Assembly (NCBI GenBank): GCA_013265495.1
Contig: MU058065.1
Span: 2,333,003-2,397,002, forward strand
DNA from: Vicugna vicugna
Lineage: Eukaryota
Length of the DNA stretch: 64,000 bases
Direction: 5' to 3'
In this document: positions 36,326-48,892 of the stretch, in pieces
How positions within the stretch are numbered: the stretch's first letter is position 1
How the letters are laid out: each line of letters opens with the position of its first letter
Translations under genes and position numbers: made by a program
The notes under the pieces: model-generated
Database searches by the model: none
What the model saw: only the letters and a program-made list of their open reading frames with translations
What the model was told of the DNA's origin: nothing

Positions 36326-37084
36326 GTAACCTGCTTAATTGTCCCAATTAGCACTTCGGTGTTGTGCTCCGGATGCGTGCAGCCGGCTTGCCTTCCCTTT
36401 TTATAAGCAACCTGTAGCCAAGGGGGAAGCGCTGACTGACAAGTCGCACGTTTGTGAGTTTCCATGCTCTTGGAACAGCTCCTTCTGGGAGTGTTTCCCT
36501 CTACCCGTCTTTCGGGGTGAACTGTGAGCAGATGAGGGCCTGGCACCCCTCTGTTGCAGTCTGCACTCAGCCAGCTCCGGTGTTTCTCCCTCCCCACTGC
36601 CTGGGCCTTACTGATCCCTTACTCTGGTCATGCCTTCTACTACAAACGTTCTTTTTCTCCTGGGCAGAAGGCTTCCTACTTGTAAGAAATAACCATACAT
36701 GTTTTTCATTAAATCCCCGGGTCACTAATGCAGAAACTGAAAGCCTGTTACACTTAGTACCCCTCTTGGGTTGTGAAACTATGATGTAGTTTATTTCATA
36801 ATTTTAAAAAATGGGCTTTTTCCCATTAGGCTTTTTATTAAAAATAAATTTAAATTTCTAGGAAAACATGATGACGTAATTTGCAGGTGTCCAGAGAGAC
36901 TCCTTACAAGCTTTTTTCATGATTTAGCAAACTGCATCGTTTTGTCACTGTATAAATCTTGAGGTTTTGCAGCGAAAAAAGAGGATGAGTTGCTTGGACC
37001 CCTTTGCAAGTGTGCCAGCTGTCCGTCCTCAGTGCCAGCGCTTCCCCTAAGAGCATTTCTCCAGGCCTCCCCCTTCTCTTGCAG

Positions 37085-37144
37085 ATCTGGGACATGACGC
37101 CCGTGGTGGGCTGCAGCCTGGCGACTGGGTTTTCTCCACACTGA
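37085..37144 (+). CDS. WDFY1: WDFY1 last coding exon 12 (coding part, ends in TGA)
   Basis: ctcttgcag acceptor; IWDMTPVVGCSLATGFSPH*; TGA at 37142-37144. Confidence 0.96.
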   Translation: MWDMTPVVGCSLATGFSPH

Positions 37145-40100
37145 GCCGGGAGCTGGGCGAGGCCGGCACCTTCCCAGCGGCAGCCTTCTCCAGACACCCT
37201 GCATCCCTGTAGCTCCACAGTCTCTGTCACGTGAATGGACAGTAGCCACTAAAAAACAAATCAACATTTCTTAAAAAGGAAAAAAAAACATGTAAAGGTG
37301 TGTTTTTGGGCATTTGTGGAACTACCCGCGGGGACTGACGTGGAAGCTGTTCACCTGTCATGGGTCCCCGAGGAGCGGGGTTACTCCAGCGAGGCTCGAG
37401 TCCTCAGGAGCGGTGAGCTGATGTGTTCCGAGAGAGTAAGTTAGCAAATGCGAGTTTTCGGAGGAAAAAAGTGCTGAACAAAAGAGTTCATGCCTAGAAC
37501 TTTCTTCCAGCAGTTCCAAGGACAAACACATGTCCCCTCAGACTTGCTGGCCCCCCGGGGTCACGTGCTCCTCTGCTGTCAGGGCAGGAGTTGGGGGGCG
37601 GACTGGTCCTCTCTTTCTTGAGGGGTGCAGCAGGACTTAGGAGCCCAGAGGTCCTCCTCATTGACCGGCCGTCCGTGAATAGTCTCCACGCTTAGCTGTC
37701 GGCACAATTCTTCCAGGGGTCTGTCGTCTTCAGGCGGTGCCACCATTTGCACCCAGTGTGGGGCCCTCTTCAGTTCTTTCTCGTCCCAGCCAGCCTGCCG
37801 TGGGCGAACGGTTGTCATTAAGTGAGTGGTTCAGTTTCTAGACTAGCCCAGGCAGCCCACCTTCTTCCCCCGACCCAGATGTGCTCTGAGGACGAGACGT
37901 CTCTATGGTGCTGTTAACACGGGACTCACACCGCCTGACCTTTTCTCATTGCAGTTAGTGATGACTGAGGGGAAACCCAGCTACCAGCATGACTGTGATG
38001 GGAAGTGATCGGTCTGTTCCATGGAACATCCCAGTCCTCCTAAAAGACACATTCTGTTTGCCGTTCCAAGATGAGCCTCTGTGATACGGTGGCAATTTAA
38101 CGTGCACCTCAGAAAAGAACTCCAAAGCTTTTTACCCTAGGTTGACTTTTAGTTGTGTAACCTAATAATATTTCATAGGAGGAAACTGGTCACCCAGAGC
38201 AGTCATTGTTAAACAGGTCCGGCACAGTAATTCCTAACTTGTAAATTACTTTCCTAACAATTAGCAAAATCTGTTGTATCACGTGGCATTTTAAAAGTTT
38301 TTGGCCACTTAGTACCAGGATGGGGAAGACTTAGGGATTGGGGAGCCTGTCTTCTGATACTCATGTATTTATTTCTTTGTTTGTTTTTAACAACAACAGT
38401 ACCTGTATTTGTTACTTTAGGGTTATGGACGTGGGTGGAGAGAGGCTTCCTTCTTTTAAGGACAAATTTAAAAATAGCAATGGTATTTTTGTTAGTGTTC
38501 TAATAGGTGTTGATAAAAACCTACTACTGCATCATTTTTAGGGGAATCAAATCAAGACAGCGTGGTCATTCTGTATGATACAATGACAAGACTAAATATT
38601 TTTAGTAGCAGCTGTTAATTAAAATGTTTTTAAGTAATAGTTTAAGACAGACAAACTAAGATGTCTTAATCGCCAGGCACAAACGAGGAAAGGAGGTCAG
38701 GCACTTCGTGTTCTAGAATGACCTGCAGTCAAAAAGTTGACTTGCCTTCAGAAAGAAGACTGAAGGATTTTGTTGCCCCTTATAATTTTTGTGTTACATC
38801 ACTTGAAAAAGATGTTCCCTTCAAAACCTCTTCATAGGCCCTTTGCAAAATGTGTGCTATTGACATAGTACAGAGGAAGAATTGGAGTGATGGTAACTTG
38901 AATGGCAGTGTTGAACCAAGTTAGCTTCAGTTGAGTTGGTAGTTCAGCTCATACAAAGGTGCTATCCTGGGGGTTTTATGAAGTCCTGAAAGGAAAACGG
39001 AGGATGACCTGTTCCCTGCCACGCGGAGGGGTGCTGAACGGGGGCTTTGCTTTCCGTTCACCTCTGTAAAGTGTGGTTTTGTGTTTGTGGTAGACTGAGC
39101 AGAATATCGCTGAGAATATGCCATAGCTTTCACACTTCTTTTATTTAAAAAAATTCTTACTGAAAACCCCACTATTTCCTAGAGAATATAAGGCCATTAC
39201 AGCACATCCTAAGGGTTGGCGCTAACGTAAGTCAAGGAGGAGAGGTTTACTTGGGGAAGAACTGGAGTCGGGGATCCAGAAAAGGAAAGGAGAATGTTTA
39301 CATGTATTTTCTCTCCACCACAGCTTATTACCAGTTTTTTTAAAACACACATGACATGGCAGGCTTATCTCATCTCTGTCACACACTAGGTAGCAAACGG
39401 GGTAAATATTTTTTATAGAGGTAGGCAAAGATTTATTTTCTCAACTTTACACATAGAGGTGGGCACCTAGAGTGAGCTAGACTTCTAGTTATTGCCTTAT
39501 TTTGACTGCATTACTCTTAAACGGGTCACTTAAAATAGTCCTTCAAAGTTAACGGTTTACCGACTTCTCCATTCCTGAATATTCATGCTAATCTGCCACG
39601 AGGGATCAAGTACAGAATGTTAGAGAAGATCATAGTATGTGTGTGACCGGGACACGCCACCTTGTTCTAAACATGTTTTAAAATCGCTCTTTGCGCGAGT
39701 AAGCGATAGGCGTGTACTCATAGCATTAGATGGAGACAGATTTTTCATTGTAAATCTCTGTATACTGCGTCCTGTTTCTGTCCTGCTGCCTAGAGGATAT
39801 AAACCAAAAATACTGCTCTAGATGGTGGTGTCTCTTTGTTCTCCCCCTAAATAATTCAGTTTGCTAATACCTACATTTTTAAACTGTTGAAACTGGCCTA
39901 AGTATGGAATACACACCACATGCTCGGACACAAGGAGCTGTTTTCTAAAATCAGTTGTCATTAAATTACTCCCTACTTCCGTTACTGGCTCTGGTGTCTC
40001 CTAAAACGTAAGAAGCCAGTTACTATTAACGGTAAACTGTCTGCTCATTGTAAATGTGATGTTTAACAAATAAGTAATACATGCTATATTTATTCAAGTG

Positions 40101-40425
40101 TCTATTGCTTAATTGTTAATTGTGAGCAGATTATTGAATGCCTACTCTATTTTCTGCAGTTTCCTATACAATAATTCTTTGAGTAAGTTGAAGTTTAATT
40201 GTGCAACAAATTTATATTAGGATACAATTTAAAGTGTTTTTCTGTATAGACTTTTCTGACTGGGGACGCAAAGGGCAGTGTGGATTAGTGCGTTTTGTCT
40301 TGTACTAGCCACGTTTCTATAAAATGATGCCCTGCGCATCCCAGAGAGCTCCCCTTTGTGGGTTCTGTTTTTTGTGTGTTTTTTTGAGAAAATGCATACA
40401 ATAAAATGTTCCTTGCTTATTCCTC
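37145..40425 (+). other. WDFY1: WDFY1 3'UTR (~3.3 kb; end approximate)
   Basis: Follows the stop codon; no recognisable interspersed repeat until ~40490; AU-rich distal part; ends after AATAAA at 40400. Confidence 0.75.
40400..40405 (+). terminator. Polyadenylation signal AATAAA of WDFY1
   Basis: Canonical hexamer with a U-rich stretch upstream and U/GU-rich sequence downstream (ctgttgcttaatttagcttgtgttct); a MIR-like repeat begins shortly after. Confidence 0.75.
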
Positions 40426-41259
40426 TGTTGCTTAATTTAGCTTGTGTTCTATTTGATCTGGACGTAAGGCAGCAGTAATAGTAATAGACCATGCATTTAG
40501 CGCTGTCTGTGTGCAGAGCACCCTACCAATATTATATTAATCAATCCTGGGAGGCGTTGTTCTCCCCATTTTACGGATGAGGAAACCAAGTAGATCCTGT
40601 CCATCTGTCTGTCTGATTTGAAAGCACGTGCCTGACCTCCTGCCTTGACGTGCTAGTGTAATGAGGGTTTTATGTAAGGGAAGTAGGTATTACCTGTTTT
40701 GAAGTTTGTGAAGCCGTGAAGGCAGATGGCTCGGATAGTCAGGCTCTTTGAGTTCACGGAGCTGGGTGGGGACACCCTTGTCCGAGCCCTGGCTCTCCAC
40801 CCCAACAGCTCAGTTTTATGAAGAAACACAGGGTGGTTCAGACCCAGGAGAACTGATTCTTTGGCTTAACTGATACAATGTTGACTTAGAAATCAGAATG
40901 GCAGCTTACTGAGTTTGTTGTTTTAAAGAGCTATAGCTTTATTTTTTTTCCATCATCAAAATAATAACGTTTATTATAATAAACGGAAGAGGAAAATAAA
41001 AAGATAATACCAAAAAATATTTAAAAGAGTTTTTTAAAAAACCTCTTTGTCCAACCACTCAGAGAAAACACTGTTAAACTTGGGCTGTATATCTTTTCAG
41101 TGTTTTATTTTAAATGTATAGGCACGTACATAACACACACTTGTAGACATTTTTAATGGGGCCCTGCTTTTTCTCCCCCACCTGACATAGCACGGTTAGT
41201 TTGCCCATGTCAAAAAATTGTGCACCCTGTTAGTGTCTTCAGCTGCTGCAGATTTGCAG

Positions 41260-41590
41260 CGGACACTGGCTCTGTGCTGTCTGAACATGCGCTGGGACTG
41301 CCGGTCCAACCCTGTGAGGTGAGGTGAGGTCATGTGATGTGCTTTAGCCAATCAGGTACAGGCAGAAGCAGTTAATTACAGGTGAGAGGCTGAACAGTTT
41401 CTTCCAGAGCAGTCACAGAAGTATGGGTGGACTGAGGAGTGTGACGCCAAGGGTCCCACGGAACCCTACCTGCCCTGGACCTGCAGTGGGTTTTGTATGA
41501 AGGAAAAATAAATCTTTATTCTTTTAGTCCACTGAGATAGGGCGTGTGTGTGTGTGTGTGTGTTAACGGCAGCATAAGTGAGCCTGGACA
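41260..41590 (+). mobile_element. MLT1-type MaLR LTR fragment
   Basis: gtcatgtgatgtgctttagccaatcag...aaataaatctttattcttttagtccactgagat...ggcagcataa. Confidence 0.6.
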
Positions 41591-43677
41591 GCAGTATTTC
41601 TACTGTTCCATTATGTGAGTAAACTGTCGTTTATTTCATCAATCCTGTGTTGAAATTAGATTATACATTTTTAGAATATTTACATTTTTAATTAAAACAC
41701 TATTTTAAAACACTAAACTTAGCATGCTTGTATATTCATCTTTGCCCACTTTGCCAATTATTTTCTTAGGATAAGTTCGTGAAAGTTGGAATTGCTAGGT
41801 CTAAGAATATACATATTATAAGTTTGTATTCTCACTGCTGATATCCTTACACCACTTGAGTTTGTTCCTTTGATTAGACAGTAAACAGGCATAGCTTAGT
41901 GTCTTGATTTACGGAATTCCAGTTTATTAATGTATGGGTTTCTTTGGGACAGTCTAGTTAGAACCCAAGTCGCCCTGGAAGACTGTTAGTGGACACGGAG
42001 GGATGCGGACGAAGAAAGGTTGGCTGGTGACCCTGCTGTTGTCACCATGGTCTGTTGTGCTCACTGCCAGGGGCGCTGGACAGTAGGTGGTCTCTTTTCA
42101 CTTGGAAAGAGGAGACTCTAGCAAGTTCTTGTTTCTGGCCTTCCCTTTTTAGATTTCACCTAGTTTACTTGCAAAAGCAGTCTTGGGAAGGTAATACGAG
42201 TAGTTGAATTATAGCTTCCTTTCCCGTCCATCACTTTTTGGTCCCTAAGTTTCCTTCACTGTTGTGAGATCTTGTTCTAAATCTTTTCACTACACATACA
42301 AACCATCCCTTAGGAAGCTTATTACACATTGATACATATGGTTTCCCATGAAAGTTGGTAACACATTGTGAGGCCACCATCTTGACTTCAGTCTTATCAT
42401 TTGTGGTAGAGAAACGGAGACTGAGCGATAACTTCCCGGGTCAAACCCAGGTGGAAAACTGAAGATTCACTCTGGTTTGTCCGACCTCAAAGCCCATGTG
42501 CCTTTTCCTAGTACCCCATCTGGCTCTTTCATATTTGAAGAAATTATAGATCCTGATCTTGACATTCTGGAGAAAGCATAAAGTAATAGAAATCTCTTTA
42601 CACTATTAACAAGGGTAGTATGACGTATTTTCTCACACCCTAGGTAGAGTTTAAGATCAAGAGGGGCATCAAACGCTATTCTCCACCACCCCTGCCCTCC
42701 ACACCCCTGAATCACGAATCAGTGGTGGCACTGATAGGTGGCCTCTGTGATGACATTTTAACGCCAGGTTTATTACAAACCAGTCAGTTTCCATGTGCTT
42801 TAAAGAGCAGTGATCCTGAATGTATGTTTTATGATCTTTATGCTACTCAACTATTTTAAGACATTTCAAAACTTAAAAAATTCCTTCTAGAAAGTAAATT
42901 TTATTTTTATCTGAAATAGATTACGGTGTCCCAAAATCAAGCTAATGAAATTGAAAAACCTTGGGAATCACTCTTTAGAAGTCTGGCTGTTAAACCCGTG
43001 ACACTTGTCAGGGCCTTTTTACTTGAATCTGCTCTCATAATGGGGATAATCACCCATTGCTGTAACATTTCAGAACAGCCGGTAGCTCTAGACTCTACCA
43101 TGGAAATCAGACCCAACGAATAAAGTCACAGAATAGTTGCATGGTTTTATTATTTCACAATTCAAGGTATCATTCCCTTAGTAAGTAAACATGATATTCT
43201 TTTGGCAAGATAATGGTAACCAGATAGATATTTCAGTAGCTCTAGGTTGTTCCAGTTAATGCTGCGATACCAGGATTCGAGTGACTGCACAATTTGTTGA
43301 GTTCAAGTTACCTTAAGTCACAGAAAGGAGAATTACTTTCAAACAATTGCAAGTTTATTGAAGGGATGCTCTGGTTGTTGCCTCTGAGCCCTGGAAGGCA
43401 GGGACCAGCCTTCGTGTCTGGATCCGCGGTGCCCCTCACACAGTGTGACTCCTCTCCTCCGCTGCAGGTGCCACTTTAGGCTGAATACGTTGTGGGTTTT
43501 CTGTGTTCTTCCTTAAGGTGTCACCTGGAGTTAGAGGAACTAACTGGAGAGCAACTTCTGTAAGTAGGAACATCTGGTTGAACCCAGTGTGCTACTGAAA
43601 AGAGGAAGAAAGAGGGAGGAAAAAGTATACAGTTAAACAGAAGTTTGTTTATTTCTGGATTTGTGTAGAAATAATTC

Positions 43678-44095
43678 TTTTCTTAAAATTTTTAAAAATT
43701 TTATTTTATTTTTTATTACTTTTTTTATTCCCTTTTCTTAAATTGAAGTATAGTCATTTTACAATGTTGTGTTATTAATTTCTGGTGTACAGCATAATGT
43801 TTCAGTTATACATACACATACACATATTCTGTTTCATATTCTTTTTCATTATAGGTTACTACACGATACTGAATATAGTTCCCTGTGCTATACGGTAGAA
43901 AATTGTTGTTTATGTACTTTATATATAATAGTTAGTACCTGCAAATCACGAACTCCCAATTTATCCCTTCCCACCCCTTTCCCCACAGGTAACCATAAGT
44001 TTGTTTTCTATGTCTGTGTCTGTTTCTGTTTTGTAAATAAGTTCGTTTGTGTCTTTTTTTTTTTTTGATTCCACATAGAAGTGATACCATATGGT
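43678..44095 (-). mobile_element. 5'-truncated L1 3' end
   Basis: Antisense L1 terminus aattgaagtatagtcattttacaatgttgtg...gattccacat; T-rich tail; aaataattc repeated at 43669 and 44102. Confidence 0.85.
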
Positions 44096-44289
44096 AAAAA
44101 AAAATAATTCATTACTCAAGTGACTTGGGACTTTATTTCTACTTTATTAACATAATTTTATATTTCTTGTATTTTACTGACATAGATGACATCTCATGTC
44201 TTTTGCCTCAGGGGTCCTATCAGCGGTAATCTGAATCCCAATTGCAAACGTATGCTGAAAATACAGGCAAGCTTGCGGGCACAAACCTC

Positions 44290-44675
44290 GGTACAAGCCT
44301 GCTGGCTCTGCCCTCAGAACATATCCCCATATGACCACTTTTCCCCATTCAGCGCTGTTACCACGGTCCAGCCCCCTGTCATCTGGATTATTCCTGTAGC
44401 CTCCTAACCAGTCTCCCTGCTGCTGCCCCGACAGCCTGTTCGCAACACACCTGTTAAAACACGACTCAGATCATGCCACTCACAGAAGCCCAAGTCCTAA
44501 AATGTCCCGTCATTAGCTCCCTGACATCTGTGTCCTCCTAGCTCACGTGGTGCAGCCACAATTCTTGGTTTCTTCTAATTTCTGTGGGGAAGGAGAGTTT
44601 GTGCACACACAGCACGGAGCTCAGTGTCAGGCGTGTAGTAGGCAGTTAATAAATAATGTTGCTTGAGTGTGTACA
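44290..44675 (+). mobile_element. L2 3' fragment
   Basis: tagcctcctaaccagtctccctgc...tcagatcatgccactc...gtagtaggcagttaataaataatgttg. Confidence 0.6.
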
Positions 44676-44989
44676 GCTTGGGCGCTATGTGCGTAAATGA
44701 AAAGGAACTTAGGTGAATTTTCTTTGGGAGTGAGTCCGTAGTGTGAAGAGACTGTTCCTCCACCGCCATCACTCCTACCCACCCTGTTCCACCTTTCGAG
44801 CTGCTGTTAACAGTTTCCAGAGGCTGAAAGGAGTGGTTGGAGGGACGTGTAGGGAGGGTACCGAGGGTAAGTCCATGAGGGGCATGATGAGACGCTTCTT
44901 TCTAAAACATGAAACACCAGCCCTGGGTGTCTGATCATCATGAGACCTAATCAGAAGACAGCTCCGCTCTGCAGCATCGTGGCTGTCGG

Positions 44990-45455
44990 GTGTGGTGGTT
45001 TTACAGTATTTCTGCGGATTCTTAGACTCTCCTATTGCGTGCTTGCATTTATGTTCTCTCCCCTTGCATCTGGGCCAAACTTAGTGACTCACTGATCGAA
45101 TACGGCAGAAGTGACACCGTGCAGTATCTGAGTCTAGATCAGAAGATGCCGTGCAGCTGCCACCTCGTTCTCCGCGGGAAGCCAGCCGCCTGAGACCGCC
45201 AGGTGTTCTGGTCAGCAGCCGAGCCGAGCTTCCAGCTGACAGGCAGCGCTGCCAGCCTTGGGAGTGCGCCGTCTTGGACGTCCAGCCCAGATGAGCTCTG
45301 AGAAGGCTGCAGGTCCAGCTGACAACTGCAGTAGCAGGAGAGGTGCCAAGTGAGGTCTGCCGAAGTCAGCCCTTCCCAAATTCCAACCAAATAAAATGCT
45401 TGTTTTAAGCTGTAAGTTGTGGAGTGATTTGTTACCCAGCAGTGGCAACCTGAAC
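44990..45455 (+). mobile_element. MLT1-type MaLR LTR
   Basis: cttagtgactcact...gcagaagtgac...aaataaaatgcttgttttaagctgtaagttgtggagtgatttgttacccagcagtggcaac. Confidence 0.7.
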
Positions 45456-45954
45456 GGTGGGCCACTGGACTTTTCATTCCTCACCTGGGAGCTGGAGCGC
45501 AGTGTACCACAGACCCCCCACCTCCCAAACCTTAGGTGGAAGCAGTGGACCCCAGGCAACAGGGCACAGGTGAGGAGCTTCTTCAGAAGCACGCGTAAGA
45601 GTCCTCTAGGGGCCTGTAGCTAATGGGTCATGATCCTCATTAGTTCCCTCCATCTTCCTACCCACCAAGCCCATCCCCCGACCTCCACTCCAGATTTTTC
45701 TTTGAGATTTTTCCTTTTGACCACGTTGAGTTTGGCTGTGAGTTAACCCAGTCGAAACTGAGCATTTTCAGATACTTAGGTTGGCCATATTTAAAGGTGC
45801 TCAGTTCTCTCAATGTCTTTGCCCATAATGTAATATACAAGTTAGGTACCATGATTAGGGCACGGAGGGTTCTGAATTACAGACTTATCAGTTTTCCAAG
45901 CACTAAAAGATTACTGCATATGCTGTGTATTTCATATATTGTGTTTTTATTAAC

Positions 45955-46640
45955 ACCATTCATTGAAAAAATACTGAGTACCTACCATGCACAGGCACTA
46001 TTCTAGATTCTTGAAAACACATCAGTGAGCTAAACAAAGATCCCTCTCCTGTGGAGTTCACGTTCTTACAGAGGGAGACAGACGATAAGCCATACGCCTA
46101 ATGAATAGATGAGTTATACAGTGTGCGAGAAGGTAATAGTGCTGCGGAGTAAGGCAAAGAGCAGGTTTCCGGAAACGGAGAATGCAGGCGCGAGGGTGGG
46201 GACCAGTTTGCCAAAGAGAGTGATCAGGGTGATACACGTTCAAAGGATTGGAAGGAGGTGAGGAAGAGAGCCTGTGTGGAAATCAAGGAAGGAGGTCCCA
46301 GGCAGAGAAAAGAGCTGGATCCAAGGCTCCACGACGGGAGTGAACCTGCAGTGTCGAGGGGAGAGCAAGGAGATCGGCGTGGCTGCAGCGGAGTGAGTGA
46401 AGGGGCGAGCTTTAGCCGAGAAGCTGAGAGCTCAGTGGGGGCTGGGTCGCGGAGCCGTCGCAAGGATGTTGGCTTTGACTGGGAGTGAGGTAGCAGCCGT
46501 CAGGAGGCTCCGAGGACCGGAGGGACGCGGTGTGACCCGCACGGCAGGAGGGTCCCCGCAGCTCCGCTGTGCACGCGCGCCCTCTAGTGGCCGGAGCAGG
46601 GAGGTAGCGGAAGAGGCTGCGGAGGAACCCAGGCGAGAGG
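45955..46640 (-). mobile_element. L2 LINE 3' portion, locally CpG-rich
   Basis: cattcattgaaaaaatactgagtacctaccatgcacaggcactattctag is the antisense L2 3' terminus, followed by purine-rich L2 body. Confidence 0.7.
46577..46592 (-). promoter_or_regulatory. Strong CTCF core motif
   Basis: Minus strand GGCCACTAGAGGGCGC versus CTCF consensus GGCCACCAGGGGGCGC, with only commonly tolerated variants. Confidence 0.7.
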
Positions 46641-48281
46641 TGATCGCAGCTCGGACAAAAAAGGCTCCCAAGTTTTGCCAAAAACGTCTGGAAGGGCGGA
46701 GCTGCTATGTTGCTCAGACTTAGGATGATGAGTTGCTGAGCCGAAAAGTAGGTGCTGTGGAGCCCTGATCTGAGCTCCTCCTAGCAGAGGAACCCAGCGT
46801 ATTCAGAACCGATCAGATGCCAAGTCAGTATTCATTCCGTGTGCGTTATTTTCCCCCCCTTCGTTTCACACAACGTCCATGACTGAGGACGAATCCCCAT
46901 TTTGCAGATAAGGAAACTAAAGTTCTGAAAGGTTCAGAGAAGTTAACGCTGGGGGAACTTGCCCAGCCTACCAAGTGGAGGAGCCGGGATTCAGTTCCAC
47001 TCGGACCCTGCTGCCTGCGGATTCTCTGCTGCAGCACCCGGGGACGCTCTTCCTCCCTGGTTCTTTAGCCGCTGGCATTTTCAATGTTTCCTTTTTCAAA
47101 ATATGTTACTTAATTGTCCAGTTGTAGAAGACAAATTAATTATTGATTTAAAAGTGTCACGGCCTTCTAAATCTCCCCTCTCCCGAAGCAATAGATCCTC
47201 CAGTGTCTTTATATTTACAGATCCACTTAACTTACCCCATTTACTCAATGTCAATGGCTTATGTTCTTACTGTTTATCGTCTCGTATAGCTTGAAAACAT
47301 CGCTGCCAGACAGTTGACGCCAGGTTGCTCTCGGTCTTGCCTATGATTTTCTAATAATAGATGCACAATTCCCAGTGATGGGTATTTAAGTGTCTAGGGT
47401 TTCCAAGCGGAGGTATGTGAGTTTCCTAGAGTTCCTGTATCTTTGCTGTGCCGACTTTGGCACCATCTTATTTTCAGCACTGGATTCACTACGGTGCCTG
47501 ATAAACTACATTTTTACATGTTTCTAGACTTCCATTATTTGGAGATGTTCAACAGAAGAAGGAAATTGATGAGTCCTGACGGTGCGGAGTTACTGCTGGA
47601 TAAATGCCTGCTGGACCGTTCAGCACCGCGAAAAGTGGGGTGGGAACTACTCCGGAAAACTTCATTAGATGCCTGGATTGTCTGCTTAAGAAGAGGGGTC
47701 TGCAGACATTTCATTATTCCGGTGTGGAATAGTCATCCCAATTACACCATTTTAGAAGGGTGAAAGGGTCCACTGATACCTTTATCAGCTGGTATGCAGG
47801 GTGCATGCTCAACTACAACGGCTCCAGACGGCCTCAGGGCTTTTTAATCTCGGTTTCTTATTTTCAGTTATAACTGAAATTAAATGGAAGCTTGTTCACC
47901 TTCATTTACTTTCTGGTTCCATTAAATGGTGCATAATCACCCTCAAGGGTGGGTGCTACAAGTGCAGGATTGATAGCTTGTGTGGCTTTGACTCCTTAAA
48001 ACTTCTGCCCCAGGAGGCTCACATGCTGCATCCTGATCCCAGCCCTGAGTGGCATTACCCCTCCTCTCCTTAGTAATGATCGTAATCTGAAGCCATCCTC
48101 TTCGTTCATTTACTGATGTGAATAATGTGACTAATGTTTCTCTCTCTCCTTAGAATATAAGCTCAATGAACATGTAAACTCTTCATCACAAACAGGGCTT
48201 GCTTGTCCAGTAGGTTTAGGAAGCATCGTGCCTCCGGGCTCACAAGAAGTCTTTATTTGCTTTCTAAAATTAGAAAAAAGA

Positions 48282-48366
48282 GGGGTGAGTACAGCTCAGT
48301 GGTAGAGCGCATGCTTAGCATGCACAAGCCCTCTAGTTCAATCCCCAGTTCCTCTGTGAAAAAAAA
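48282..48366 (+). mobile_element. tRNA-derived SINE (Vic-1-like)
   Basis: ggggtgagtacagctcagtggtagagcgcatgcttagcatgcac...gttcaatccccagt + A-tail; flanks aaaattagaaaaaa / aaaattcagaaaaaa. Confidence 0.85.
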
Positions 48367-48827
48367 TTCAGAAAAAAAATGAACACAATAAGAATGAGTA
48401 TGTAATAATGAAGTTAGCCTAGATTATATTTTTCTTTATACCAACGTAGTCATAAAATATAATATTTAAGATATTTTTATGGGGAAAGGGGACCATGATG
48501 GTGAGAGTGGCCTGGGGTCCACAGAAGTCATAACGCAGCAGTGGTCACAGCACCTGGGACCGTGCCTGGCTTAGGACGGGTGCTCAGGAAATCGCTGTCA
48601 CAAGAATGAGCCAGAGAAAGGAACAGTCAGCCAAAACAGAGATCTGGAGTTGAGTCAGGAGATGCTGGACAAATAATTTCGTCCCTGGAGGTCTTCCATT
48701 TCTAAGAATTATTGCTTCTAATTTCAGGTTTTAATCTACATTGAAAGAAATGCCCAAAGACTCTTAATCTGTCTGCGTGCACTTTACCAAACCACCTGTC
48801 TCTGTGATTCACAAAGAATGCGAGGAC

Positions 48828-48892
48828 TTTGACACAACATTGTAAAATGACTATAAATCAATTAAAAAAAGTAAAAAAAAAAAAAAAAAAAC
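48828..48892 (+). mobile_element. Extremely truncated young L1 3' end with long poly(A)
   Basis: tttgacacaacattgtaaaatgactataaatcaatt + A-rich tail; perfect TSD gaatgcgaggac at 48816-48827 and 48893-48904. Confidence 0.8.

Noticed and set aside
37142..37150. Stop-codon readthrough or selenocysteine at the WDFY1 TGA
   Set aside because: The context TGA-GCC lacks the CTAG readthrough motif, the protein ends where the recalled orthologue ends, and no SECIS was recognised.
37272..37289. A-rich run in the proximal 3'UTR as a transcript end or retrocopy tail
   Set aside because: It is genomic, has no upstream AATAAA and no TSD. It is a likely oligo-dT internal priming site.
42060..42078. CTCF-like ctgccaggggcgct
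   Set aside because: It is one G short, with mismatches in the core when aligned without gaps.
48282..48355. tRNA-like sequence with A and B boxes (also at 10556, 53217, 56591) as real tRNA genes
   Set aside because: A-rich tails, TSDs, mutually diverged copies and broken stems indicate SINEs.
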